NCBI GenBank assembly: GCA_037446635.1 | Contig: JBBIIG010000005.1 | Coordinates: 32,001-96,000 of the forward strand | DNA length: 64,000 bases | Direction of reading: 5' to 3' | From: a bacterium | GTDB lineage: Bacteria; Zhuqueibacterota; Zhuqueibacteria; Oceanimicrobiales; Oceanimicrobiaceae | Shown: piece after piece, positions 9,781 through 18,539 of the stretch | How the letters are laid out: each line of letters opens with the position of its first letter | How positions within the stretch are numbered: position 1 is the first letter of the stretch | The notes under the pieces: generated by a model | What the model saw: only the letters and a program-made list of their open reading frames with translations | Told to the model about the DNA's origin: nothing | Databases searched by the model: none | Program-made: the position numbers and the translations under genes

Positions 9781-11721
9781 ATGATTTTCGGCATCACCCA
9801 TCACGATAAAAATCGACACGTCAACAAAGAAGCATTTTTGAATCTCGTACCGGCGCGGTTGGCGGGCAAAGCCGTTAGCAGTTTCATTCAGCAAAATATC
9901 GCGCTGGGAGCTTCGGAGATGAACGTCCCCACGATCGATGACGGCGTGGGACTCGCGTTCAGCGCGGATAAGAAAATCGTGGTGGCGGCATCGGGTAATA
10001 TTTTCGCCGCTGCTGAGTTTGCCGGAAGCAAAAATGAACCCGTCGCGCAAACCATTTTGCGGGCGTATCAGTCCGCGGGTGAAAACGGCTTCAAACATCT
10101 TAACGGACAATTTGCTGCCGCCATCTGGGATTCGACGCAAAACAAATTTCTGCTGGTGCGCGATCACCTCGGCTTCGAGCCACTGTTCTACTACTGGGAT
10201 GGCCAGACCCTCATCTTCAATTCGTTTCTCAGAGATTTGATTCGCCACGAGAATGTGCGCCGCGATTTCAATCATCGCGCCATCCGCAATTACCTGTTGT
10301 TCAATTACAATCCCGGCCTCGAGACGTTTATTCAGAATGTGCGAAAGGTGCGGCCGGGGCACGTGCTGGTTTTGGAGAATGGGAAGGTGGAGGAGAGGAG
10401 GTATTGGAGGCTTTCATACAATACCAGCGGCAACACCCCCCCTAGCCCCCCCTCAAGGGGGGGAATGGAAGTGGGTTCGAAGGGGGGAACTCTAGAAGAT
10501 TACAAAGCGGAGCTACTGCGGCTGACGCGCGACGCCATTCGCATCCGCACGCAGGAGACGGCGTCCGACCCCGGCGCGTTCCTCAGCGGCGGCATGGATT
10601 CCAGCTCGGTGGTGGGACTGCTGAGCGGACTCACCGAGCGGCCCATCCACACTTTTTCCTTTCGCTGCGAGGGCAAGTACGTGGACGAGTCCTACTACGC
10701 GCGAGTGATGGCTAACCATTACAAAACTCGCCATAACGAAATTCCGTTCACCGCCGACGAGCTGCTCAACTTTGAAAAAATGGCCGAGTGGATGGATGAG
10801 CCGCTGTGCGACATCGGCGTGGAGCTGGGGTCGTTCATCATGGGGCGCGCGGCGCAGGGCCATGTTCAGTACATCCTCACCGGCGATGGCGGCGACGAGC
10901 TGTACGCCGGCCACCCGGTGTATCTCGCCGATCAAATGGCCGCGGCGTTCGACAAAATTCCGGCGCCGCTGCGCGCGGGCGTGCTTGGCATCGCGGGGCT
11001 ACTGCCGGATTCCGATAAAAAGAAAAGTCTGTTGGTGAAAGCGCGGCGCTTCGCGTATAGCTACGGTTTCCCCGCGGAGCTGCTGAGCAATCGCTGGCGC
11101 ATTTATTACACCGGCGCGGAGCTGGCGCGTCTTTGCACTCCGGAGGTGGTGCAGCAATTCGGCGATCTCGACTCGTACCGCGATATCACCGATTTGTACG
11201 CCGACGCCGACGGCCCCGACCATCTCAGTCGCGCGCTTTATGGCGATTATCAGACGCTGGTGCATTTCCACGTTGACCGCCTGCGGCTGACCCGCGCATG
11301 GGGCATCGAGGCGCGCTTCCCGCTGCACGATTACCGGCTCGTCGAGTTTTCGGCGACCATTCCGTCGGCGCTGAAGATTCGCCCGCCTGCCTCAGGCCTC
11401 TGGCGGGCAGGCAACTCGCAGGTGAAATACATTCAGCACGAAGCGCTGGCCGGCGTGCTGCCCGATGAAATCGTTTTTCGCAAAAATAAAATGGGTCACA
11501 ATGTGCCGATGAAAAACTGGATGCGGGAAACTACCGTGTTCCGCGATTTGATGAACGACGTACTCTCCGAAACTGCGGTGAAGCGGCGCGGCATGTTCAA
11601 CGCGCCGTTCGTGAAACAGATGCTGGATCTCCATCTCCGAAAGAAAAAGGACTACTCCCATCGCCTCTACGCCCTCGTGATTTTGGAACTCTGGCTCAAG
11701 AAAAACATCGATAATCGATGA
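9781..11721 (+). CDS. Asparagine synthase-related protein lacking the N-terminal Cys; carries two in-frame palindrome insertions
   Basis: LNGQFA, RDHLGFEPLFY, LSGGMDSS, TGDGGDELYAG, EARFP; begins MIFGIT. Confidence 0.9.
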   Translation: MIFGITHHDKNRHVNKEAFLNLVPARLAGKAVSSFIQQNIALGASEMNVPTIDDGVGLAFSADKKIVVAASGNIFAAAEFAGSKNEPVAQTILRAYQSAGENGFKHLNGQFAAAIWDSTQNKFLLVRDHLGFEPLFYYWDGQTLIFNSFLRDLIRHENVRRDFNHRAIRNYLLFNYNPGLETFIQNVRKVRPGHVLVLENGKVEERRYWRLSYNTSGNTPPSPPSRGGMEVGSKGGTLEDYKAELLRLTRDAIRIRTQETASDPGAFLSGGMDSSSVVGLLSGLTERPIHTFSFRCEGKYVDESYYARVMANHYKTRHNEIPFTADELLNFEKMAEWMDEPLCDIGVELGSFIMGRAAQGHVQYILTGDGGDELYAGHPVYLADQMAAAFDKIPAPLRAGVLGIAGLLPDSDKKKSLLVKARRFAYSYGFPAELLSNRWRIYYTGAELARLCTPEVVQQFGDLDSYRDITDLYADADGPDHLSRALYGDYQTLVHFHVDRLRLTRAWGIEARFPLHDYRLVEFSATIPSALKIRPPASGLWRAGNSQVKYIQHEALAGVLPDEIVFRKNKMGHNVPMKNWMRETTVFRDLMNDVLSETAVKRRGMFNAPFVKQMLDLHLRKKKDYSHRLYALVILELWLKKNIDNR

Positions 11722-11815
11722 TCGATAATTGATGATTGAAAAGCGAAACGAGGAAATTGATACCGGACGTCGATGTTCTTTTTAATCGTCGATCAACGAT
11801 TATCGATCATCGATC
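11708..11815. repeat. Inverted arms of ATCGATA/G heptamer repeats
   Basis: TCGATAATCGATGATCGATAATTGATGATTG ... TCGATCAACGATTATCGATCATCGATC. Confidence 0.75.
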
Positions 11816-11847
11816 TTCACATTTCTACCCAAAGAGAGAGGAACTAA

Positions 11848-12663
11848 ATGTTAAGCAAGAGCAAGCTTGCAGTACTGGGTGCCGGCAAAATGGGCGAGAC
11901 GCTGATCAGCAGTTTGCTGGAGGCGAAAGTGGTGAAGAAAGAAAATATGATCGCCACGGCGAAACACCAAAATCGTGCGAAGGACGTTGCTGCGAAATAT
12001 GGTATTCGGACGACCCTGGATAATCGCGAGGCGGTGGAGTTTGCGGATATAGTGCTGCTGTGTGTGAAACCGCAGACGACTCGTGAAGTGTTGGATGAAA
12101 TTAAAGAAGGCATGACGGCGAAGAAGCTGTTGATTTCTATCGCGGCATCGGTGACAACGAAATTCATCGAAGAGCAGTTGGGGAAAGCGACGCCGGTGAT
12201 TCGCACCATGCCCAACACGCCGTGTCTCATTCGCAAAGGGATGACGGCGCTGTGCGCGGGAACGCACGCCACGCCCGAGCATCTCAAACGCGCGGAGAGC
12301 ATTTTTCAGCAGGTGGGTCGCACGATGATTTTGGACGAAAAGCATTTCGATGCCGTCACCGGTTTGAGCGCCAGCGGGCCGGCCTTCATTTACGTGGTCA
12401 TCGAAGCGATGGCCGAGGGCGGCGTGAAAGTCGGCCTGCCGCGCACTATCGCCACCGAGTTAGCGGCGCAAGCGGTGTTGGGCGCAGCGAGCATGGTGCT
12501 GGAAACAAACGAGCATCCCGCGCTGCTGAAAGATGCCGTCACCACGCCGGCCGGCTGCACCATCGACGGACTGATGGAGTTGGAGGAGGGCGGTCTGCGG
12601 GTGACGCTCATCAAAACTGTCGTCAAAACGACCCAACGCGCGGCGGAGTTGATTTCGGGATAG
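11848..12663 (+). CDS. proC: Pyrroline-5-carboxylate reductase
   Basis: LGAGKMG, VKPQ, RTMPNTP, TGLSASGPAF, VTTPAGCT. Confidence 0.95.
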   Translation: MLSKSKLAVLGAGKMGETLISSLLEAKVVKKENMIATAKHQNRAKDVAAKYGIRTTLDNREAVEFADIVLLCVKPQTTREVLDEIKEGMTAKKLLISIAASVTTKFIEEQLGKATPVIRTMPNTPCLIRKGMTALCAGTHATPEHLKRAESIFQQVGRTMILDEKHFDAVTGLSASGPAFIYVVIEAMAEGGVKVGLPRTIATELAAQAVLGAASMVLETNEHPALLKDAVTTPAGCTIDGLMELEEGGLRVTLIKTVVKTTQRAAELISG

Positions 12664-12685
12664 CGAGTGCTGATGTTTAGGATGT

Positions 12686-13049
12686 GGATTAATGGATTGT
12701 TGGATCAATGGATCAATGTAACAAAGATGTCATTCCGAACCTCGATGCTTTTTATCGGGGTGAGGAATCTGGCGGAGAGCGAAACGTGATATTGCGAAGG
12801 TACTTTGAAAAACGGCAACTCATCCCTCGTGTTCGCTGGGGATTTAAGCCCGCGTGCTCGGCCCGCCAAGGAATCTCCAGCAGAATTAATGGCTGTGGAA
12901 TTATATTCCATGCAGTTGAAGGAGATAAAATCTCAGGCTCATTTATTCCGCGTGGGATTACGTGGAAAAAACGGCGCGGAGCGACAAATCCCACGCGAGC
13001 CGGCGGGCCTTTTCATTGATCCATTAATCCATCAATCCAACGATCCATT
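12686..13049. repeat. TGGATCAA/TTGATCCA octamer inverted arms enclosing a half GTCAT element and a decayed gene fragment
   Basis: TGGATTAATGGATTGTTGGATCAATGGATCAATG (12686-12718) vs CATTGATCCATTAATCCATCAATCCAACGATCCA (13014-13049); GTCATTCCGAAC..GAGGAATCTGG at 12729. Confidence 0.8.
12790..13012 (-). pseudogene. Possible decayed Y1 HUH (IS200/RAYT-like) transposase fragment
   Basis: Translation FFHVIPRGINEPEIL..AWNIIPQPLILLEIP loosely resembles HVxxRGxN..AxxxMPNHxHLLLExP; HUH motif not intact. Confidence 0.3.
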
Positions 13050-13083
13050 TACATTAACTCGGATCAGAATAACAAATTAGATT

Positions 13084-13728
13084 ATGCCACTTCCGGTTGG
13101 ACATAGCTTGATGGGCTACGCCCTCTACGATAGCACCCGCAAAGACGACACGCGCTTCTCGTGGCGGCTACTGTTGCTGCTAGTGATTTTAGCGAACTTG
13201 CCGGACATTGATTTTTTGCCCGGACTGCTGGTTGGAAACGCCAATCAGTTTCATCATCACTATTTCAGTCACAGCCTTGGCGCGGCGATCGTGGTGGGCA
13301 TTCTCACAGCGGTTTTTTATACCAAAGGGACGGATCGAAAATTTGCGCCCTACTTCGGCTTGTTTTTCGGCGCCTATTTTTCGCACCTCGTTTTGGATTA
13401 TTTCACCGCGGACACCAGCGAGCCGCTGGGACTGCCCATGTTCTGGCCGCTGACAACTCAATATTTTTATTCGCCAAAAACCATATTTATGGCGGTACAT
13501 AAAATCGGCGCAAGTGGGCAGTTTTTTCAGAGTTTATTTGTGCTGCACAATCTTGGGGTTGTTGCGTGGGAAGCAGTGGTGTTTGTGCCGGTTTTGACGA
13601 TAATTAAGATAGCAAAAATGATGAGAGCAAAGCGCATGGCGAACACCGCAGAGGGCAGAAAGCGTGGCCCAGAGCGGTGCGAAGCCAGTGGGACTGCTTC
13701 GCAAAAAGCGCCTCGCAGTGACAGTTAA
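13084..13728 (+). CDS. Membrane-bound metal-dependent hydrolase (YdjM-like)
   Basis: GHS, ANLPDIDF, HH..SHSL, SHLVLDYFT, PMFWP. Confidence 0.85.
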   Translation: MPLPVGHSLMGYALYDSTRKDDTRFSWRLLLLLVILANLPDIDFLPGLLVGNANQFHHHYFSHSLGAAIVVGILTAVFYTKGTDRKFAPYFGLFFGAYFSHLVLDYFTADTSEPLGLPMFWPLTTQYFYSPKTIFMAVHKIGASGQFFQSLFVLHNLGVVAWEAVVFVPVLTIIKIAKMMRAKRMANTAEGRKRGPERCEASGTASQKAPRSDS

Positions 13729-13802
13729 AGGTTGTCATTGCCTGCCTGTCCGCAGAAGCGGATCCGCCTCGCGGACGCGGGCAGGCGAGTCGAAGCAATC
13801 TC
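13684..13802. repeat. GTCA(C/T)TGCG-type element pair with doubly nested mini-palindromes; inverted relative of 20328-20424
   Basis: GGGACTGCTTCGCAAAAAGCGCCTCGCAGTGAC..GTCATTG[CCTGCCTG[TCCGCAGAAGCGGATCCGCCTCGCGGA]CGCGGGCAGG]CGAGTCGAAGCAATCTC. Confidence 0.85.
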
Positions 13803-13823
13803 ACGTAAGTTTGAAAATTCTGT

Positions 13824-14807
13824 ATGAGAAAAATGAAGCAACCAGAATACTCCGTCGTAGTCCCTGTGATGAACGAAGAGCAGAACGTCGAAATTCTCTT
13901 CAATCGCATCAACGATGTGCTCAGCCAGATGGGGCGGGAGTATGAGATCATTTTCGTCGATGATGGCAGCAGCGACCGCACGTTCGAGATTTTGAAAGCG
14001 ATTCACGCGCGACACCCGCAGCTCAAGGTGGTGAAGTTCCGCCGCAACTTCGGGCAATCGGCGGCGATGGCCGCGGGCTTCGAACAGGCAAAGGGGCGCA
14101 TTGTGATTTCGATGGACGGCGATCTGCAAAACGATCCTGCGGACATCCCGGCGATGATCAAAAAAATGGATGAGGGCTACGACATCGTCGCGGGCTGGCG
14201 GCGGAATCGGCAGGATAAAATGCTGGTGCGCAAAGTGCCGTCGAAAATTGCCAATCGGCTCATTCGCTATTTTACCGGCGTGCAGTTGCACGACACCGGC
14301 TGCTCGCTGAAAGCGTACCGCTCGGAGGTCATCAAAAAAATTCGGCTGTACGGTGAGCTGCACCGGTTCATCCCGGCGTTGGCGCGAGTGGAGGGCGCGC
14401 GCATTTCGGAAATCGTGGTGGCGCATCACGCCCGCCAATTCGGCCGCTCGAAATACAACTTGACCCGCACCTTCAAAGTGATCATGGATCTCACCACGTT
14501 GAATCTGTTCATCAAATATCTCCACAAGCCGCTGCACTTTTTCGGCGGACTGGCGTTCTGGTTCAACGTGGTCGGGCTGATTTCACTATTCCTGTGTGGC
14601 TATCTGTTTTTCACAAACCGATATGATCTGGCTGGATTGAATGTGTTGATTTCAGTGTCGTTTCTGTGGCTGGCCTCGGGCTGGCAATCGATTTTTTACG
14701 GCCTGATCGCCAACATGGTGGTGAAGACGGGGGATAATCATGATGGCAAGTTGGTTGAAATTTATAACCATAAAGACACAAAGAACACAAAGTTTGAAAA
14801 GCATTAA
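13824..14807 (+). CDS. Glycosyltransferase family 2 (ArnC/DPM-synthase-like polyprenol-phosphate glycosyltransferase)
   Basis: VVPVMNE, FVDDGSSD, RNFGQSAA, MDGDLQNDP, two C-terminal TM helices. Confidence 0.92.
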   Translation: MRKMKQPEYSVVVPVMNEEQNVEILFNRINDVLSQMGREYEIIFVDDGSSDRTFEILKAIHARHPQLKVVKFRRNFGQSAAMAAGFEQAKGRIVISMDGDLQNDPADIPAMIKKMDEGYDIVAGWRRNRQDKMLVRKVPSKIANRLIRYFTGVQLHDTGCSLKAYRSEVIKKIRLYGELHRFIPALARVEGARISEIVVAHHARQFGRSKYNLTRTFKVIMDLTTLNLFIKYLHKPLHFFGGLAFWFNVVGLISLFLCGYLFFTNRYDLAGLNVLISVSFLWLASGWQSIFYGLIANMVVKTGDNHDGKLVEIYNHKDTKNTKFEKH

Positions 14808-14988
14808 CCACGAAGAACACGAAGGTCACGAAGTTGGAAAAAATATTTTTATCTCAAATTCTAAAAAACTGTTCTTCCACTTTCATGGAGGTTTTTTTCT
14901 TGTGGATTTTCTTCGTGTTCTTCGTGACCTTCGTGGTTCAAAAATTTTAATGGGTTTATTTCTTTGTGACCTTTGTGCCTTTGTGGTG
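14766..14988. repeat. Two concentric inverted-repeat elements with 9-nt periodic arms
   Basis: Outer AACCATAAAGACACAAAGAACACAAAG / CTTTGTGACCTTTGTGCCTTTGTGGT; inner AACCACGAAGAACACGAAGGTCACGAAG / CTTCGTGTTCTTCGTGACCTTCGTGGTT. Confidence 0.85.
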
Positions 14989-15006
14989 AATTAAAATTGA
15001 GGATAT

Positions 15007-16041
15007 ATGAAAGAGCAAGTTCTCAGCAGGACTAAACCCTTGGACGGAAAGGCAAACAAGAAAGTCGCGCCAGCTAAAACACTCGCTTCGATCATCGTGG
15101 CGGTGCGGGATTTTGAAGATGACATTCAGAGCGTCTACGCTGGCTTGACAGAGACGTTTACTAAACCTCCGACCTTTACTAAACCTTCGAGGTTTAGTAA
15201 AGGTGAGGGCAGCTACGAGTTCATTTTCGTCGATGATGGCAGCCTCGATGGCACGTGGAATCAATTGAAGAAAATCGCCAATGGCAACGCGGGCGTGAAG
15301 CTCGTGCGGATGCGCACCTCGTTTGGCGAGGCCGCCGCTTTCGATGCGGGACTGAAGCAGGCGGCGGGCGAGAAGATTGTGTTCTTCACCACGCGCGTGC
15401 GCATCAATCCCGCGCAGCTCTCCAAATTGCTGGCGCGCCTCGACGACGGCTGCGATCTGGTGATGGGGTGGCGCCATCCCCGCCGTGACTCGAAACTCAA
15501 CCAGTTTATCTCGAAGGGCTTCAACGCCATCATCCGCTGGATTTCGAAACTGCATTTGCAAGATGTGAACAGCGGCGTGTTTGCGGCGCGGCGCGAGGTT
15601 TTGGAGGACGTCCCCATTTACGGCAACATGAACATCTTCCTGCCGATACTGGCGTCGCGCAAAGGCTACCGCGTCGGCGACGAGCCCATCGAGCAGTTGG
15701 CGGGAAAATTCCGCCAGTCGAAATATGTGTCGGAGTACGTGCAGCGCGTGCTCGATATCGTCACGGTGATTTTTCTCACCAAGTACTCGAAGAAGCCGCT
15801 GCATTTTTTAGGATTTTTGGGATTCATTTTCACCATCGTTGGGCTGGCGATGAACGTGTATTTGTTCATTTATCGCGTGCTGCAGTTCGGCCCGATTGCG
15901 GGACGGCCGCTGCTGCTGTTGGGCGCGCTGCTGCTGGTGATCGGCATTCAGATGATCTCCATCGGCTTGATTGGCGAGATGATCATTTTCACCCACGCGC
16001 GGGAGATTAAGGAGTACACGATTGAGGAGATTTTGGAGTGA
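15007..16041 (+). CDS. Glycosyltransferase family 2 (ArnC-like) with degenerate DxD motif and an in-frame hairpin insertion
   Basis: FVDDGSLD, collinear with 13824-14807; FFTTRVRINP replaces MDGDLQNDP. Confidence 0.85.
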   Translation: MKEQVLSRTKPLDGKANKKVAPAKTLASIIVAVRDFEDDIQSVYAGLTETFTKPPTFTKPSRFSKGEGSYEFIFVDDGSLDGTWNQLKKIANGNAGVKLVRMRTSFGEAAAFDAGLKQAAGEKIVFFTTRVRINPAQLSKLLARLDDGCDLVMGWRHPRRDSKLNQFISKGFNAIIRWISKLHLQDVNSGVFAARREVLEDVPIYGNMNIFLPILASRKGYRVGDEPIEQLAGKFRQSKYVSEYVQRVLDIVTVIFLTKYSKKPLHFLGFLGFIFTIVGLAMNVYLFIYRVLQFGPIAGRPLLLLGALLLVIGIQMISIGLIGEMIIFTHAREIKEYTIEEILE

Positions 16042-16050
16042 TTGGTTGGC

Positions 16051-16089
16051 ACACGGATGACGCGGATTGGACGGATAGGGACGGATTTT
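16051..16089. repeat. Left arm (CACGGATGAC type) of an inverted repeat whose right arm is at 19275-19302
   Basis: ACACGGATGACGCGGATTGGACGGAT matches the reverse complement of 19276-19301 at 22/26 nt. Confidence 0.8.
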
Positions 16090-16140
16090 AAAACTCGGGA
16101 ACGAGAGAGAATTTGTGATTTTGTAGGAGTTCCTTCTAAA

Positions 16141-16246
16141 CTGTCATTTCGAGCTGAGCGCAGCGAAGCGAGAAATCTGACATAGCACAAATCTGTGTAC
16201 CGCCAGATTTCTCATCCCGTAAAAAGCACGGGATTCGAAATGACAG
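16141..16246. repeat. GTCAT...ATGAC palindromic element
   Basis: CTGTCATTTCGAGC..GAGAAATCTG / CAGATTTCTC..TCGAAATGACAG. Confidence 0.85.
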
Positions 16247-16327
16247 GGGGAGAGAGGTTGATTGGCGAGATGATCGTTTTCGTCTAATGTAGTAGATCAA
16301 AAAATAGGCTATTGGAGATTTTGGACC

Positions 16328-16930
16328 ATGAAAATTGGTGAGCATCTTTATTTTTCTCCGAATTATAAATTCACAGAACTGAGATGGGATGACAAAAGCA
16401 ATCTGATACCCGCCTTTCAAGATAGAGTAACAGGATTTTATTTGGATCCAGTAGATCAACTTAATAATACTATTAGTTCTTTTGCTGCGGGAGTTTTGTG
16501 TGTAACAACAATTGATTTTTTAGCTGCTATTACTACGGGAATTCAGAAAACGGGAGTAAGAATTGAGAACTGGCTCAAATCGAATATCTCTACTTTCGAT
16601 AAAATTGATCCTAACAACAAATCGCAAACTCTCGCTCGAAGGTTTTATAATGAATTTCGAAATGGGTTAGTTCATGAAGGCCGTATCAAAGAAGGTGGTC
16701 AGTTCTCATATGATTTTGAAGAACTTGTCCAAGTTGAGGAATCAGTAATGGTTGTAAATCCCATGCTGCTTGCCACTGCCATCCGCGAAGCTTTTAAAAA
16801 GTATATAGAAAAGGTGAAAACGGACGAATTTGCTTTTCAATCTTTCAAAGCCTCCATAATTCAATTCTTCAGAGTGGATATTGAAATTGTTAAACCTAAA
16901 AACACTATGGTTCAGAATAGGCAGCAATGA
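16328..16930 (+). CDS. Hypothetical protein with HEPN-like Rx4H motif
   Basis: AT-rich 200-aa ORF; YNEFRNGLVHEG. Confidence 0.7.
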   Translation: MKIGEHLYFSPNYKFTELRWDDKSNLIPAFQDRVTGFYLDPVDQLNNTISSFAAGVLCVTTIDFLAAITTGIQKTGVRIENWLKSNISTFDKIDPNNKSQTLARRFYNEFRNGLVHEGRIKEGGQFSYDFEELVQVEESVMVVNPMLLATAIREAFKKYIEKVKTDEFAFQSFKASIIQFFRVDIEIVKPKNTMVQNRQQ

Positions 16931-16931
16931 T

Positions 16932-17852
16932 ATGAAAAACACAATTCCGAATTTAGTATTTTTTGGTGGGAGTATTTTGTTTGTTATTTTCATTAGGACA
17001 GTGGATTTGAGCTTTGGAGGCTTATTTTTTTCCATTACACTCTTCTTAATTGCAATTGTAGTATTTTTCATGAAATATTTGAAAAGGGAAGAAGAGAAAT
17101 TTGATGCTCGAGTTAATAATCTTCTAAGTAAGATTACAGAATTCAATGCTACTCAGAAATATTTGAATTTGGCTTCAGAGTCAGGGATAGCAGTTGATGA
17201 AGCTTCAAACAAACTTTGTTTCTTCGAAAAAAAGAATGAGAGTTTGCAACCTTATATTTATAGTTACAACCAACTCGTCGAATGCGAGCTTGTCGAGGAC
17301 GGGGATACCGTAACTAAGACCTCTCGTGCCAGTCAACTTGGTGGAGCATTGGTTGGCGGGTTAATAGCTGGTGGTGTTGGTACTATCGTTGGTGGCCTTT
17401 CTGGTAAGCGGAAAAGTCTTCAAAAGGTAAGGCGGGTCGATTTAAAAATCATAGTAAATGACACAAGAAAACCAGTGCACATACTTAACTTTTTTGATTA
17501 TGAAACAGAAAAAGGTAGCATACAATACCAAAATGTAATGGCGAAGGCAAATCATTGGTATGGTTTAATAAGCGTATATATAAAACGAGCGGAGCAAGAA
17601 TCCAAATTGATAGAAAAAGTGAGTTCCTTCCGCTGCTCAAACTGTGGCGAGCAGATCGAGCGCGGTTGGCAACATTGTATCAAGTGCGGCGCGTCCGTGA
17701 GTTTATCACGCGATTCTACCGAGACTATTTCCAAAAATCCTTCATATTCTGTGGCTGATGAATTAGCAAAGCTTGTTGAGCTACGAAAAAATGGAACTCT
17801 CACACATGAGGAGTTCATTGCTCTAAAACAAAAGCTACTTTCACAGGGATAG
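16932..17852 (+). CDS. Membrane protein with zinc ribbon and C-terminal SHOCT domain
   Basis: Two N-terminal TM helices, Gly-rich GGALVGG segment, CSNC..CIKC, VADELAKLVELRKNGTLTHEEFIALKQKLL. Confidence 0.8.
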   Translation: MKNTIPNLVFFGGSILFVIFIRTVDLSFGGLFFSITLFLIAIVVFFMKYLKREEEKFDARVNNLLSKITEFNATQKYLNLASESGIAVDEASNKLCFFEKKNESLQPYIYSYNQLVECELVEDGDTVTKTSRASQLGGALVGGLIAGGVGTIVGGLSGKRKSLQKVRRVDLKIIVNDTRKPVHILNFFDYETEKGSIQYQNVMAKANHWYGLISVYIKRAEQESKLIEKVSSFRCSNCGEQIERGWQHCIKCGASVSLSRDSTETISKNPSYSVADELAKLVELRKNGTLTHEEFIALKQKLLSQG

Positions 17853-17888
17853 ATCTTCAGGGCATTAAGAAGAGAAATACAGGAGTAC

Positions 17889-18530
17889 ATGATGAGAACC
17901 GAGGATATTCTTGAGTGCAATCAGAAATCAATTTTAATAGTGGAAAAAAGGAGTTTAAAGGAAATTGTAGTGGCTGCACCTCACCATGCTCCGTTGGGTA
18001 CTTCTGAACTGCCATGTGATAGCCATCGTGTTGCTGACGAAAATGTTGGGTTTTTAGCATTGTATATTGCAAAGCTAATAAACTGCAATAGTATTATTGC
18101 CTGCAATTATTTTATAGATCCTAATAAGCTGGAAAATAGTGACTATTTTCAACGAATAAAAAGTTGGCATCCCAAAATTCTTGTCGAGATTCATGGGCAT
18201 GGAGGGAAAAAAGCGAAGTATGATATCGAAATATCCTCGGGAAGCCTTGACAGAAATAGATTTTCAACTTCATTGGCTGAAAAGTTGAAGGCAAACGTAT
18301 CGAATCTAATTCCACTTCAAAAGTTTGTCATATCGGGAGATTTTAGTGAAATTTATTTTAAGGCGGAAAGAAGTAAAACAATTACTTCAAATGATTGGAT
18401 TGCCTTTCACATTGAGCTACCAATGTCCTTACGTTCGGAAAAAAGTCTTTATCTTCCATTCTGTGAAAAATTATCCGAGGTAGTCAAGGAAATGCTCTTA
18501 GATTATGAGAAGGAAGGGAAACAGCCATAG
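17889..18530 (+). CDS. Hypothetical protein, probable Zn amidohydrolase fold (N-formylglutamate amidohydrolase/M14-like)
   Basis: AAPH, EIHG and HIEL motifs; RBS AGGAG. Confidence 0.6.
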   Translation: MMRTEDILECNQKSILIVEKRSLKEIVVAAPHHAPLGTSELPCDSHRVADENVGFLALYIAKLINCNSIIACNYFIDPNKLENSDYFQRIKSWHPKILVEIHGHGGKKAKYDIEISSGSLDRNRFSTSLAEKLKANVSNLIPLQKFVISGDFSEIYFKAERSKTITSNDWIAFHIELPMSLRSEKSLYLPFCEKLSEVVKEMLLDYEKEGKQP

Positions 18531-18539
18531 AAGATTGGT

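Noticed and set aside
9449..9956. Diversity-generating retroelement TR/VR pair
   Set aside because: Mismatches are not confined to adenines, lie at a gene 5' end and are mostly silent; no reverse transcriptase in the window.
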